Shown here: positions 21,365 to 30,722 of the stretch, one piece after another | How positions within the stretch are numbered: position 1 is the stretch's first letter | Layout: every line of letters starts with the position of its first letter | Virus record (IMG/VR): IMGVR_UViG_3300036770_003016 | DNA length: 64,000 nt | From: a virus | Direction: 5' to 3' (one strand) | Translations under genes and position numbers: made by a program | Notes under the pieces: model-generated | What the model saw: the letters and a program-made list of their open reading frames with translations, nothing else | Databases searched by the model: none | Told to the model about the DNA's origin: nothing

Positions 21365-21698
21365 AAGTGCCGACTGATTGGGTGATAAGGTACAGTCGGC
21401 GAAACCTCAGCTCAGCATGCCTTAGGCAGCTAAAGCGAAACGCTCATCGTTTGCGTTTATTTTATTTACTTTTTACGACTCTCTGTGTCGGATCGTCCAT
21501 CTTTCTACTCTTTGCCCTGTCGAAACCAGGTCAGGCCCATTAGGAAGCATACTAAATCTGCACTTTTTCAGTCGGGGCTATCTGCTATTATGCAGCCTAC
21601 CGGCAGTCCTTGACCGATCTTCATAGTATGCTTTCTGGTGGACCTGGAGGGAATCGAACCCTCGTCCAGAACACCTTTCAATTAACTTCATACGATCA
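21365..21698 (-). ncRNA. ssrA: Circularly permuted (two-piece) tmRNA, tag ANDERFALAA
   Basis: T-arm GAGGG-TTCGATT-CCCTC plus CAGGTCC-ACCA (ends 21636) precedes the 5' acceptor strand GGGCCTG-ACCTGGTTTCGAC (starts 21538); tag ORF 21454-21422; G3:U70 pair; outer ends approximate. Confidence 0.93.
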
Positions 21699-21730
21699 TA
21701 TTACTACTATAACAGAAACTATTTATTTTG

Positions 21731-22048
21731 TCAAGCAGGTTTACCGTTATTTGCCGGTTTAATTTCTTCGCCTGAACTGATAATACAGTATGTTTTGTCG
21801 CCAGGAAAATATTCTACAAGAGTCCAAGATTTAGTCTCAAAATTAATATAAAGAGTAGTGTGAATCTTCATTGGTTGACTAGTAGTAACACTTTCTCTTA
21901 TTGTTGCCATTTGAAATGCTGGTACTTCTTTGTATACTCTAAGCATTTCTCTCATCTGTTCTTCATCACCACAATCGATTGGGATTTGATAGTTTTGAGA
22001 AAATGCAGCCAAAGGAAACATCATTAAAGCTGCGATTAGTGATTTCAT
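21731..22048 (-). CDS. Hypothetical exported protein
   Basis: Signal-peptide-like N-terminus. Confidence 0.6.
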   Translation of the reverse strand: MKSLIAALMMFPLAAFSQNYQIPIDCGDEEQMREMLRVYKEVPAFQMATIRESVTTSQPMKIHTTLYINFETKSWTLVEYFPGDKTYCIISSGEEIKPANNGKPA

Positions 22049-22725
22049 TTCCAGTACCTTTCTATGAACTGGTTGAGTGGTGCAAGATATTTAGTCTTTT
22101 CTTCAATAAAAATTTGAGGAAATTCACTTTGCACAGCAATCGCCACAACGATCTGGTTGATTGACTTGCCAGTGAGTTCACCAAACATTTCTCCATATGC
22201 GGTAGCCTGCATAAAGTAATTCTGTATATGTTCAGCATCTTTCTTCTTTGATGCTGTTTTCCAGTCAACAATAGACAGTCTACCATCCCATTCTGCAATA
22301 CAATCACACCGACCTGCAAGTCTTAATTTGTGACTGTAAAGTGCCTGTTCAATACCATAGATATCACCAATATGCGAATCGATAAATGGTTTAACAGACA
22401 TGAACAATTCTTTGGTATCTGGCATCATAGTCTGCATTTTCATGTCAGACATTTCATTGAGTAGATAATTCTCTACTGTATTGTGTAACTTAGTACCACG
22501 ACCTGCTGCCTGCCTTGATATCTTATTGGCTTCTTCTTCACCAACTCTTTGTCGCCATTCCATGATTGCTTGTTTATTGTACGATGACAAAACAGTAGTA
22601 ATAGAAGGATAAAGTTTACCGTCAGGTGTTTTATACTTTCTTCCAGATTCGGTTGTTTCTGATACTAGATCAAAATCCAACTCTTTTAATTTGATATGAT
22701 TAAATGTCATTAAGTGTTCTTCCAT
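22045..22725 (-). CDS. PD-(D/E)XK exonuclease
   Basis: YPSITTVL, RGT.LH, AGRCD, IVDWKT, YFMQ..AY. Confidence 0.88.
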   Translation of the reverse strand: MEEHLMTFNHIKLKELDFDLVSETTESGRKYKTPDGKLYPSITTVLSSYNKQAIMEWRQRVGEEEANKISRQAAGRGTKLHNTVENYLLNEMSDMKMQTMMPDTKELFMSVKPFIDSHIGDIYGIEQALYSHKLRLAGRCDCIAEWDGRLSIVDWKTASKKKDAEHIQNYFMQATAYGEMFGELTGKSINQIVVAIAVQSEFPQIFIEEKTKYLAPLNQFIERYWK

Positions 22726-23018
22726 TTTCGGAAGTGTGTATCTACAATATTTCTTGTGCGAACATCTTTGATTGATTTTTTACCGTATCGTTCACCAACA
22801 GGAGATTCGGGATGAGCCTCTGCAACTTTAGATAATACTTCTTTCCATGTATCGTCTGTCTTTGAATCGAAACTACCACTCATACTTGTGATACCAAAAC
22901 TTGTTGGCATCTGTTGTATGTGTGGATTCTTTTGAAGCAATTCTTCTTTTCTTGAATTGGTTAGAAAGTCTTCGAATTCTTCACTTGTCTCTGTATTTAA
23001 AAATTTAAATGTTGGCAT
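22710..23018 (-). CDS. FmdB-like protein (Cys residues lost)
   Basis: MPTFKF.N.ET.EEFE; WKEVLSKV. Confidence 0.65.
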   Translation of the reverse strand: MPTFKFLNTETSEEFEDFLTNSRKEELLQKNPHIQQMPTSFGITSMSGSFDSKTDDTWKEVLSKVAEAHPESPVGERYGKKSIKDVRTRNIVDTHFRKWKNT

Positions 23019-23559
23019 CTAAATGATTTCCCATCTCAGTAAATATTCCCACAAAGAAATCGAAAGCTTTATTTGCTTCATCTGCAAGACCCATACTCAA
23101 TCTCTCACTAAACTCTTTAATTAATTTTGGTCGATCTTCAAATTGATATGAATACCCAGAACCAGGTATCACTCTTGCCATTAATTTTCCACCATATAGA
23201 TCGCCCATGTGCCTAACATAAATGTGTGCAAACAACAAATGTTTTCTAGTTGGATCAGCTACAAGGTCTTTCAGATATTGAATATAGTTTGATGTAGACT
23301 CAAAAATATCACGCTCATAACCAGGATCTAATTCATCTAAGTCTTGTTTAATTTTTGCTTGGCGTTTTACATCTGTCAAACCAAAAAGAAGACCTTCCTT
23401 TTCAGCAAGGTCTTCTAGAACACCATAAATGTGATACAACTCATACAGATAAAAAACATATTCTGGCTTTGTTACTTTGCCAGTCATTATTTTCTGTATG
23501 AGTGGAAGATTTTCTACTTCTCTGTGTTTATCATATGTTGCTTTAGCTAATATAGTCAT
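23005..23559 (-). CDS. Heme oxygenase
   Basis: AT..KHREVE proximal His; AHIYVRHMGDLYGG distal helix; EANKAF. Confidence 0.88.
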   Translation of the reverse strand: MTILAKATYDKHREVENLPLIQKIMTGKVTKPEYVFYLYELYHIYGVLEDLAEKEGLLFGLTDVKRQAKIKQDLDELDPGYERDIFESTSNYIQYLKDLVADPTRKHLLFAHIYVRHMGDLYGGKLMARVIPGSGYSYQFEDRPKLIKEFSERLSMGLADEANKAFDFFVGIFTEMGNHLDANI

Positions 23560-24098
23560 GTTGTTATGTACCAGTTTGGAGTTTCACGATTTTTCCATCG
23601 AGCAAAATGATTTTTTCGTTCGATGTAATATTTATGATACGATGCTAACGAATCATTTGGTACTTTACATTCATCAGGCATTGCAGGTGTTGGCGGAGTA
23701 AATGGCCCATCGGAAATATTTTCTGGCCACATATACAACAATTCCATATAGTTCGCACAAGCATGGCGTTTGCCGTAACGATGTGTATATTCAAGCAACA
23801 GATAATTCCACATGCGATTAAGCCATATGTAATTCTGTTTTGTTTTACGAGTCCATACGGCAGATGGGTGATTGATATGTGATGCCTTCATCAAACCAGA
23901 TTCATACTTCGAATCTTCCATGCGCCAGCGTTTGATCTTGCGACCATTTGCAGTAACATCAATATACTCTTTGCCGTCAAGAATACGATGTGCAGTAGAC
24001 ATGAGCTGTGAATATTCAATGATCATCTTCAAAACATGCCGGTCGCAATGCATCTCAGCACATTTTTGGGGGTCTGGATTCAAATAAAAAATGTTCAC
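23556..24098 (-). CDS. Pyrimidine-dimer glycosylase (DenV)-like protein
   Basis: MNIFYL, HCDRHV.KMI.E..Q, H.NHPS.VW, EYT.RYGK.H. Confidence 0.75.
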   Translation of the reverse strand: MNIFYLNPDPQKCAEMHCDRHVLKMIIEYSQLMSTAHRILDGKEYIDVTANGRKIKRWRMEDSKYESGLMKASHINHPSAVWTRKTKQNYIWLNRMWNYLLLEYTHRYGKRHACANYMELLYMWPENISDGPFTPPTPAMPDECKVPNDSLASYHKYYIERKNHFARWKNRETPNWYITT

Positions 24099-24373
24099 TT
24101 GCCATCGTCCTTTGCTCGTTCGACTGCCTCATATACTTTGCGATATTTGTGGTAATTCTTACAGAGTTCTTCAAACTCATTAAAACACTTTTCAAACTTT
24201 AATTGATACAATGATTGCATACCAATCAGAATGTTTCCTAATTCATCTTCTGTAAGTGGTTGTGGACGATCATACACTTGCTCAGTAAGCAGTTTAAGAT
24301 CATCAACAACACCCCAACATTGCATGATTGATTGTTCAACATCAAAAATATTACCAACACTATTCATTACCAA
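24095..24373 (-). CDS. Hypothetical protein
   Basis: ORF in overlapping - strand operon. Confidence 0.6.
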   Translation of the reverse strand: MVMNSVGNIFDVEQSIMQCWGVVDDLKLLTEQVYDRPQPLTEDELGNILIGMQSLYQLKFEKCFNEFEELCKNYHKYRKVYEAVERAKDDGK

Positions 24374-24567
24374 CTCCCATCATCTATCCAAAAACGGATT
24401 GTTAAAAATAACCATGAAACTGCCTTTGTCTTTTCATTAGGCCATTCGTTTGATGCAAAATATTTAGGTATGATATTCCAATGAAAAGGATTTATAGTGA
24501 TGCTAACAGAAGCACCACTATAACGCAAGTAATTAAAGGCAGTTTTAAATTTACTTTCAGGCAGCAT
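24367..24567 (-). CDS. Hypothetical protein
   Basis: ORF in overlapping operon. Confidence 0.55.
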   Translation of the reverse strand: MLPESKFKTAFNYLRYSGASVSITINPFHWNIIPKYFASNEWPNEKTKAVSWLFLTIRFWIDDGSW

Positions 24568-24844
24568 TTTTTACACCAAAAATATTAGACCATCTACGAA
24601 TTTTTTCAGACTTCGCATCAATGGCAAAGTCTACAGCAAGTTTGTCGATGATTCGATTATCCATCATCAGATTAATCATACAAAGAAGATCACCAACTTC
24701 TTCTTCAAGCCTTTGTTGATTAGTCATTTCTTCATTTGGGTGTTTTTCGTTAAACCCAAAACGAAAACATTTGCTAATTGCCTGTACAACTTCTGCACAT
24801 TCTTCTTGTGCAATTAACATTATTTCTTTTTGTGTACTATTCAT
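24557..24844 (-). CDS. MazG-like NTP pyrophosphohydrolase
   Basis: EECAEV.QA.SK, LEEEVGDL. Confidence 0.8.
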   Translation of the reverse strand: MNSTQKEIMLIAQEECAEVVQAISKCFRFGFNEKHPNEEMTNQQRLEEEVGDLLCMINLMMDNRIIDKLAVDFAIDAKSEKIRRWSNIFGVKNAA

Positions 24845-25161
24845 TATTGATTCATAGCAGTACGATTCAGAACGACTGCTTCCTTATAGAATTTTTGTGA
24901 AGTATATTGAACACAAGTTACGTCATCCATATTTTTACCTAACTGTTCAATTTTGGTGCAAACAAATTGACTCTTACTTAGAGTAAAAGCATTTTGATAA
25001 GTTCCATAACTCAGATAAGCAAGTGCAACAGCCACAACAAAACTAACAGTACCAAAGAGTGCAAAGAAAGTAGAAAAATTACTGTTTTCTTTTACATCAA
25101 TCACTTCTCGTTTATCGCTAATCATAATAAATTCCTTTGTATATAAGATGCAACGGGGCAC
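24844..25161 (-). CDS. Hypothetical membrane protein
   Basis: One TM segment; true start probably at MISDK. Confidence 0.55.
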   Translation of the reverse strand: MPRCILYTKEFIMISDKREVIDVKENSNFSTFFALFGTVSFVVAVALAYLSYGTYQNAFTLSKSQFVCTKIEQLGKNMDDVTCVQYTSQKFYKEAVVLNRTAMNQ

Positions 25162-25251
25162 AACCGAGCGCCTCTCGGCGAGTCTGCTGTCATTTAAGAG
25201 TAAGGCGCATACACTGGTATGCCGCTCACTCCCCCTTCCAAATCAATTCAA

Positions 25252-25770
25252 TTAAAACGGAGCAACATTGTCACGGATGTCATTGACGATATCATCAATT
25301 TCAGAATCAAATTCATCTACAATTTCTTCGACAGAAATTTCTTCGACAAGTTTATTCTTCAAAGGTTTAGCATCAAGATCGTCAAGAGTTTCTACAACTT
25401 GAGTCTTGGCAACTTTCTTCTTAGGAGTCTTAGGCGTTTTCGGAGCCTTCGGAGCCTTAGGAGTTTTTGTTGCCTTGGGTGCCTTGGCAGTTTTCTTGGC
25501 ACCGAAAGTTTTTTCCCTATTGTCTAGGTACTCTTGCATCTCAGCAATATTCTTCAGAACATAGCCTTCGACTTTGCGACCATCTTTGGTCAGACTCACT
25601 ACACCGCCAGTCTTCTTGATACGCCAGATGAAAGTGGAAAGACGATACAGAGGTACATCTTTCATTTCAGGCATAGCCTCAAGAGATTCACGACTTACAG
25701 ATTTGCCTGTAAGCATTACTTTGAGAATTTTTTCCCACTGAAGAAGACTAGATTTTTTCGCAACACGCAT
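25252..25770 (-). CDS. Early protein with wHTH-like N-terminus, KAPK/KTPK repeats and acidic tail
   Basis: AKKTAKAPKATKTPKAPKAPKTPKTPKK; sigma70 promoter TTGACT-17-TACAAT at 25805-25833. Confidence 0.65.
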   Translation of the reverse strand: MRVAKKSSLLQWEKILKVMLTGKSVSRESLEAMPEMKDVPLYRLSTFIWRIKKTGGVVSLTKDGRKVEGYVLKNIAEMQEYLDNREKTFGAKKTAKAPKATKTPKAPKAPKTPKTPKKKVAKTQVVETLDDLDAKPLKNKLVEEISVEEIVDEFDSEIDDIVNDIRDNVAPF

Positions 25771-25848
25771 GATATAAATTTCCTTATTTGATTGAACAGA
25801 CTACATTGTAACAGAGGTAGGCACAAAAGTCAAGCGTTGCCTGAGCAT

Positions 25849-26235
25849 TTATGCCGCTTCTTTCACGGTACAGTGGTCATAGAATTCTTGCCAAGAACCA
25901 GAAAAAAGTTCACTTTGATCGCCGTCAAGAATTTTGACTTTATCACGGTAAACATGATATTCATAATCTTGGCAAACATCTTGTCCAAGTTCGACAGGTT
26001 CAAGATAAAACCCACCGACACCGACTTTGAAAAATGCGATCATCTGTGCTGCAAGACAACCCATACCATTTGCAAGTTTAGGTTTCTTCTCATCATAACC
26101 ATTTACGACTTCAAAACCATCAAGAAACCCAGCAAGTTCTGCACCGTGCGCTGACGGATAACCATCAAACTGACGATACATGCAAACTACAGGAGTTTCA
26201 TTATCAAAAACATATGTAAGCGAACGAGTACCCAT
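25849..26235 (-). CDS. Conserved phage hypothetical protein
   Basis: MGTRSLT, YRQFDGYP..HG, NGMGCLAAQ. Confidence 0.7.
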   Translation of the reverse strand: MGTRSLTYVFDNETPVVCMYRQFDGYPSAHGAELAGFLDGFEVVNGYDEKKPKLANGMGCLAAQMIAFFKVGVGGFYLEPVELGQDVCQDYEYHVYRDKVKILDGDQSELFSGSWQEFYDHCTVKEAA

Positions 26236-26379
26236 TATACAATCTCCAATTGGTCAGCCGCACAAACAGCATCGGCATAATTATCAGTTTCTAAATCAAT
26301 CACCGTACCATCAGAAAAGATTGCACGATAAAAACCATATTCATCTTTTTCAACACTAAGCAGAAAATTATCCATTATA

Positions 26380-27117
26380 TTAAGCAACTTTCATCATAAA
26401 AGTGGGAAACTTAACAAAACCAGAGGTATCTTTTTTCGCTTTACCTTTGGCATACAGACCAACTACAACACCTTTCGGATCAAGAAAACGCAGGTCAGAT
26501 TCATCACCATTGAAAACTGGCATGCCTTCGTAAGTCTCAGGCATCGGTTGCGATTTCTTAATACCGAACACTGTTGCGACATTGTATTTTTGTTTTATAG
26601 CCGAAAGGACGTCAGCATCATTACCATCGGCTGCACTGAATGTAAGGTGGTAATTAGGAATGTCCCGTACTTTACGGCCAAGAATTTTAGTGTAGTCATA
26701 GAATTGTACATTTGGAAATACCTCAAAAATGTTTTTGTTATCGATAACATCATATTTTTCCCATGCAAGGTCACTCGTACCATTCAAACGAAAAACTGGG
26801 ATTAGATTTTTCTTGGCAGACTGCTTGATTGCCAATTGAATGTCTTTTACTAGAAGCGTCATAAACTCAGCACGATTCTCGAAAAATAATTTTGTTTTGC
26901 GAATACGAGCCTGTTGAATTACATTTGTCGTTTCGCCTTTTTTGAACATTCCGCCACGGCCTGCGGTATTCAGACATGCCTTTTTGCAACCTACAGTCGC
27001 CTTAGCGCAAGTATTGTACCCAGAAACATCAGCAGGTGCAAGGTGCAAAATGTAAGTCATATAACCTTGCTTCATGCCTTTGAGAATTTTGGGGTTTCCA
27101 ATAGAAAGCAGTTTCAT
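26380..27117 (-). CDS. GP88-like Cys-containing protein
   Basis: C...GC...CL, RLNGTSD, QFYDYTK, GDESDLRFLD. Confidence 0.7.
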   Translation of the reverse strand: MKLLSIGNPKILKGMKQGYMTYILHLAPADVSGYNTCAKATVGCKKACLNTAGRGGMFKKGETTNVIQQARIRKTKLFFENRAEFMTLLVKDIQLAIKQSAKKNLIPVFRLNGTSDLAWEKYDVIDNKNIFEVFPNVQFYDYTKILGRKVRDIPNYHLTFSAADGNDADVLSAIKQKYNVATVFGIKKSQPMPETYEGMPVFNGDESDLRFLDPKGVVVGLYAKGKAKKDTSGFVKFPTFMMKVA

Positions 27118-27149
27118 TACAGAATGTCCTTATCAATCATCATGTAAAC

Positions 27150-27227
27150 ATTATAACAATAATCTGCCGAATTGTCAAGCACTACTGTTGCCAAAAAACA
27201 ACACTAAGTTAGTGAGTACTAACTAAC
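27150..27227 (-). promoter_or_regulatory. Early sigma70 promoter with TGTTG-N8-CAACA box and 20-bp palindrome
   Basis: TTGACA(27178-27173)-17-TATAAT(27155-27150); box 27186-27203; palindrome 27208-27227. Confidence 0.85.
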
Positions 27228-27552
27228 GCCTCATTGCGGCTTGATCTCTTGCCTCTTCATCCGTAAATATTGGAACAGCATTTGATTTATGTAATGTACC
27301 AATACCTTTCATATTATCACCAGTATAATATTGGTCTGGCCGTTTGTAAGTATTATAATAACCAGTATCTTTAGAAGGAATATATGGTGTTTCTCGTTTA
27401 AATACTGTGGGTGTTGGTTTATATTTTGTTACACCAGAAACAGGCTTAATTAATTTAGTACGATTAACTAATTCTTGCCATTCTGTTATTAATTGTTTTT
27501 GTTTTGTATTGACTTTGCGTTTTTTAGATTTTTGATTTGTAAATATTAACAT
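27223..27552 (-). CDS. Conserved T4-like hypothetical protein
   Basis: YTG...GIGTLHKSNAVP. Confidence 0.7.
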   Translation of the reverse strand: MLIFTNQKSKKRKVNTKQKQLITEWQELVNRTKLIKPVSGVTKYKPTPTVFKRETPYIPSKDTGYYNTYKRPDQYYTGDNMKGIGTLHKSNAVPIFTDEEARDQAAMRR

Positions 27553-27731
27553 ACTGGTTCTTGCACCTCGATATTCATATAATCACGATCACGAGCAACC
27601 ATACTAATATAATCAGCAAGTTTCTCACCATTACCATCAATAATACATTCAGCAAGTAATTGTATCTCATTATTAGTCATTTGATTAATCATACTTGCAG
27701 CTTGAATAACTTTAAAAGCGTTCATATTCAT
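27546..27731 (-). CDS. Hypothetical protein
   Basis: ORF in early operon. Confidence 0.55.
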   Translation of the reverse strand: MNMNAFKVIQAASMINQMTNNEIQLLAECIIDGNGEKLADYISMVARDRDYMNIEVQEPVC

Positions 27732-28060
27732 TATACATTCTCCGTAATATCTTCTTTTAATTCGACTGGAAAGAAACCGATTCTATCAACACAAAACATT
27801 TCATCAGTTTCTAGATTATGAATTACATCACCAACCGAGATACTACGCATATCTTGTAATCGTTCAATAAGAGATTCATATTCACCAACATTACCAATCA
27901 TAAAAACATTATCTAATGAGGTGCCATCGATTATAGCAACGATACTATATTCCATTGAAAGAGATTCAACCAATTCTTTTGTTGGCCGAAACATAATATC
28001 GGTGTTACGGAGAATATCGTCATTATCAATTTGAAGAACAGCAAAGCGAGATACTTTCAT
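27731..28060 (-). CDS. YodL-like protein
   Basis: RSISVGDV, VDRIGF. Confidence 0.6.
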   Translation of the reverse strand: MKVSRFAVLQIDNDDILRNTDIMFRPTKELVESLSMEYSIVAIIDGTSLDNVFMIGNVGEYESLIERLQDMRSISVGDVIHNLETDEMFCVDRIGFFPVELKEDITENV

Positions 28061-28089
28061 TTGATTTCCTTATCAATCATTATGTAAAC

Positions 28090-28142
28090 ATTATATCAGT
28101 ATATTGCCGAATTGTCAAGCAGACTGTAGTTTTTTTGCAACA
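28090..28142 (-). promoter_or_regulatory. Early sigma70 promoter with upstream box
   Basis: TTGACA-17-TATAAT; degenerate TGTTG-N8-CAACA at 28125-28142. Confidence 0.8.
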
Positions 28143-28534
28143 GCGTCTGAGTGCTTGCATTTGCGGCGATAACCGAAACCGATACATGGGCAAGTAATAT
28201 ATTTACCTATTATATTAAATTCTACAATATAATTTTTGCCTTTTGATGTTACTTTAAACTGGCGGATATTTTTAGATTTGGTTATTACCGTTTTTTTCTT
28301 TTGATAATCATCTTCAGAAATAAATTGCGGTATTAATTTAGATAATCCTTTGTGATTATCTACCACGAATTTACGGTATCGTTTATCTAGAGTTTGGCGA
28401 GATTTGAATATCTGAATCTCATTTGAGTGCCATTTGGCGTATGCGATAACTTGGCCTTTTTTATTGACCAAGTAGGTGTGATTAGGTTGCCGATAATCGA
28501 CATCCCATTGTGTGATTTCTTTAAGAATTTCCAT
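28115..28534 (-). CDS. SWIM zinc-finger protein
   Basis: CPCIGFGYRRKCKH. Confidence 0.75.
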   Translation of the reverse strand: MEILKEITQWDVDYRQPNHTYLVNKKGQVIAYAKWHSNEIQIFKSRQTLDKRYRKFVVDNHKGLSKLIPQFISEDDYQKKKTVITKSKNIRQFKVTSKGKNYIVEFNIIGKYITCPCIGFGYRRKCKHSDAVAKKLQSA

Positions 28535-28543
28535 AGTTCTTGT

Positions 28544-28596
28544 ATTATAACAGAACCTATGGAATTGTCAATAGGCAATGTTGTATTAAAACAACA
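28544..28596 (-). promoter_or_regulatory. Early sigma70 promoter with upstream box
   Basis: TTGACA-16-TATAAT; TGTTG-N8-CAACA 28579-28596. Confidence 0.75.
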
Positions 28597-28962
28597 GCAA
28601 CATTAATGTTGCTTTAGTAGTGTTAAAGCAACATTAACCTTTCAATAGTTGCCTATTGTCTGATTCTCTAAGGTCTTCTTCAAATTCAGCAACCTTGAGC
28701 CGATTGAGTTCGGTTTGTAATTGCAATTTCGCACCCTCATCTCTTGCAATCTTTTCCTCAAGTTCACGAATCTGTCTTTTCAATTCATCTTTATGTGACA
28801 TACTCGGTTTTCTCTTCTCTCGCTAAGCGATAAAATGATTTGTCGTGATGTTTCTTTTTTTCAAACTTAATAGACTCTTTGTCTTTGTTTTTACGGAATT
28901 TTGTTTTGTGAGTCTTTTGAATTTTTTGACCGCCTGAAATCATGTTAGAAAACTAACCTCCT

Positions 28963-29538
28963 TTAAAAGATTTGATCGGCAATGCCAAGTTCGATTGCTT
29001 CTTCAGCCGTAAACCAAACATCACTTGGCGGGAGAAATTTGGTTTTGATTGTACGAGATTCTAGACCCGTAAATTCTTTGAGTAGTGTCACCATTCTATC
29101 ATTGATAAGTTCAGTCTCTTTCATTGTAGACCGCATATCATGGTACTTACCATTGTTAGTATAACTAAATTGATGGCACATAATGCTTGCTGTCTCAGAA
29201 ACGAACCGATGTCCTTTGGTGCCAGCTGTGAACACCATAAATGCAGATGAACATACAGAACCAATAGCAATAGTGCGAATCACTTTGCGAGATTTCTTCA
29301 TCACTTCAATCAGAGCAAATGCATCTTGCAAATTGCCGCCATCAGAATTGATATACATCGTCAACTCACCTTGGTCATCTTTCAAGTTCTCATAGATGAT
29401 CCAACGAATTGCAGCCAATGTGTTTTCTTCGTTAATATCTCCAGTTAAAAAATGAATACGATTATTGAGCATAACAGAATCTATGCCCTCATTCATAGCA
29501 ATTACATTCTCAAGTTTTTCGGTCATTTTCTTTACCAT
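28963..29538 (-). CDS. clpP: ClpP-like protease subunit
   Basis: MYINSDGG, VCSSA (Ser), IMCHQ (His), DVWFTAEEAIELGIAD. Confidence 0.9.
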   Translation of the reverse strand: MVKKMTEKLENVIAMNEGIDSVMLNNRIHFLTGDINEENTLAAIRWIIYENLKDDQGELTMYINSDGGNLQDAFALIEVMKKSRKVIRTIAIGSVCSSAFMVFTAGTKGHRFVSETASIMCHQFSYTNNGKYHDMRSTMKETELINDRMVTLLKEFTGLESRTIKTKFLPPSDVWFTAEEAIELGIADQIF

Positions 29539-30296
29539 TACAGGTTATCATTAGTATTTAAAGTTAAAACAAGTCCATTATCTTCAGTTTTCCACGGCAA
29601 TTGCCCTTTATATTTCTGTTCCATAAATTTATTCCCATTAATGAAGAAATCAGCCTTAACAGAATCACTTCTATTTCCAACTCTATAATTCAATGTGTAT
29701 TGTTTTGTGGATTTATATCTAGTTTTGTTTTGGCGCAAAACACTAATCAAAAGTCTATCAACTTCTGGTTGATCCAATCGTGTTCTTCTATACCAAATTG
29801 GAGAAGTATGTACTGCCATCATTTTAGGTAAAAAGTAACAATTAACATCTACAAAATATTCTTGATCACTCAAACAAGAAGGCCAAAGTCCTAGGCTCTC
29901 ACAATCATCATTGCAAATATATTTACCATCACCATCTACAATTTTCCTAAAAGTAAATGCCCAATCATTGCCCTCTACCGTCTTAACTAAAGATTCAACA
30001 TGTTCTTCATCTAGCCAATTATCTTCATCTAAAAAAATAAAATAATCAGCATCAATCAAGTAAGGAATGGTGGCATATATTCTGTGACCATTGTAATTAC
30101 CTGCGCCAGTATTTTCAGGTAAAAACATAGGTGTGACATTAAAATCTTTTATGATATCACGAACTTTAGTTTCGTATTCTGGGCCATCACAAACTATAAC
30201 ACTCTTAATATTTTTATATGTCTGTTTAGATACAGAATCTAAATTTTGTTTCAAATATTTGGTGCCTATTGTAGGCGTCACTACAGCAACTTTCAT
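29538..30296 (-). CDS. Glycosyltransferase family 2
   Basis: VAVVTPT, FLDEDN DxD motif. Confidence 0.85.
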   Translation of the reverse strand: MKVAVVTPTIGTKYLKQNLDSVSKQTYKNIKSVIVCDGPEYETKVRDIIKDFNVTPMFLPENTGAGNYNGHRIYATIPYLIDADYFIFLDEDNWLDEEHVESLVKTVEGNDWAFTFRKIVDGDGKYICNDDCESLGLWPSCLSDQEYFVDVNCYFLPKMMAVHTSPIWYRRTRLDQPEVDRLLISVLRQNKTRYKSTKQYTLNYRVGNRSDSVKADFFINGNKFMEQKYKGQLPWKTEDNGLVLTLNTNDNL

Positions 30297-30299
30297 TTT

Positions 30300-30722
30300 T
30301 TACATTCCAGGATATGCTTCTTGTACGAGCTTAATTGTTAGGTTAGGAATTTTGAATTTTTTCTGCAAAACTTTTACTAGTAGTTCAGCTTCGTCTTTAT
30401 GAAGAGATTCCAAGACAACTACAAGTAATTGTTTCTGTTTTTGTGGAGTAAGACCTGCTGGCCTTAACTTATGATCTTTAATAAAACGATACATTTTTTT
30501 CACTTCGATACTTAGATATGAAAAGTTCAGTCCTGCTGGTTCAACAGCAGGCCTGTAACTTGGCACTTCAACATCAAATTCAACAGATGGTTCTAATGCA
30601 TACCATAGAAATTCACGAAAGTTTACATGATCATATTTTTTCAAAACTGCAATTCGTTCTTGCTTGTTTTGTGCTTGTTGAAACTCATCAAGAATTTCAG
30701 TCATCAACTTTTCTTTAATCAT
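30300..30722 (-). CDS. Conserved T4-like hypothetical protein
   Basis: LESLH.DEAELL motif; downstream of rnh. Confidence 0.7.
   Translation of the reverse strand: MIKEKLMTEILDEFQQAQNKQERIAVLKKYDHVNFREFLWYALEPSVEFDVEVPSYRPAVEPAGLNFSYLSIEVKKMYRFIKDHKLRPAGLTPQKQKQLLVVVLESLHKDEAELLVKVLQKKFKIPNLTIKLVQEAYPGM

Noticed and set aside
21590-21612. ACTGCCGGTAGGCTGC in the tmRNA linker resembles a type I-F CRISPR repeat (RNA anti-CRISPR idea)
   Set aside because: The CTGCC/GGCAG hairpin is broken and the flanks do not match; alternative local pairing explains the sequence.
22045-22725. Cas4 call for the exonuclease
   Set aside because: No Fe-S cysteine set and no CRISPR context; ordinary phage PD-(D/E)XK nuclease.
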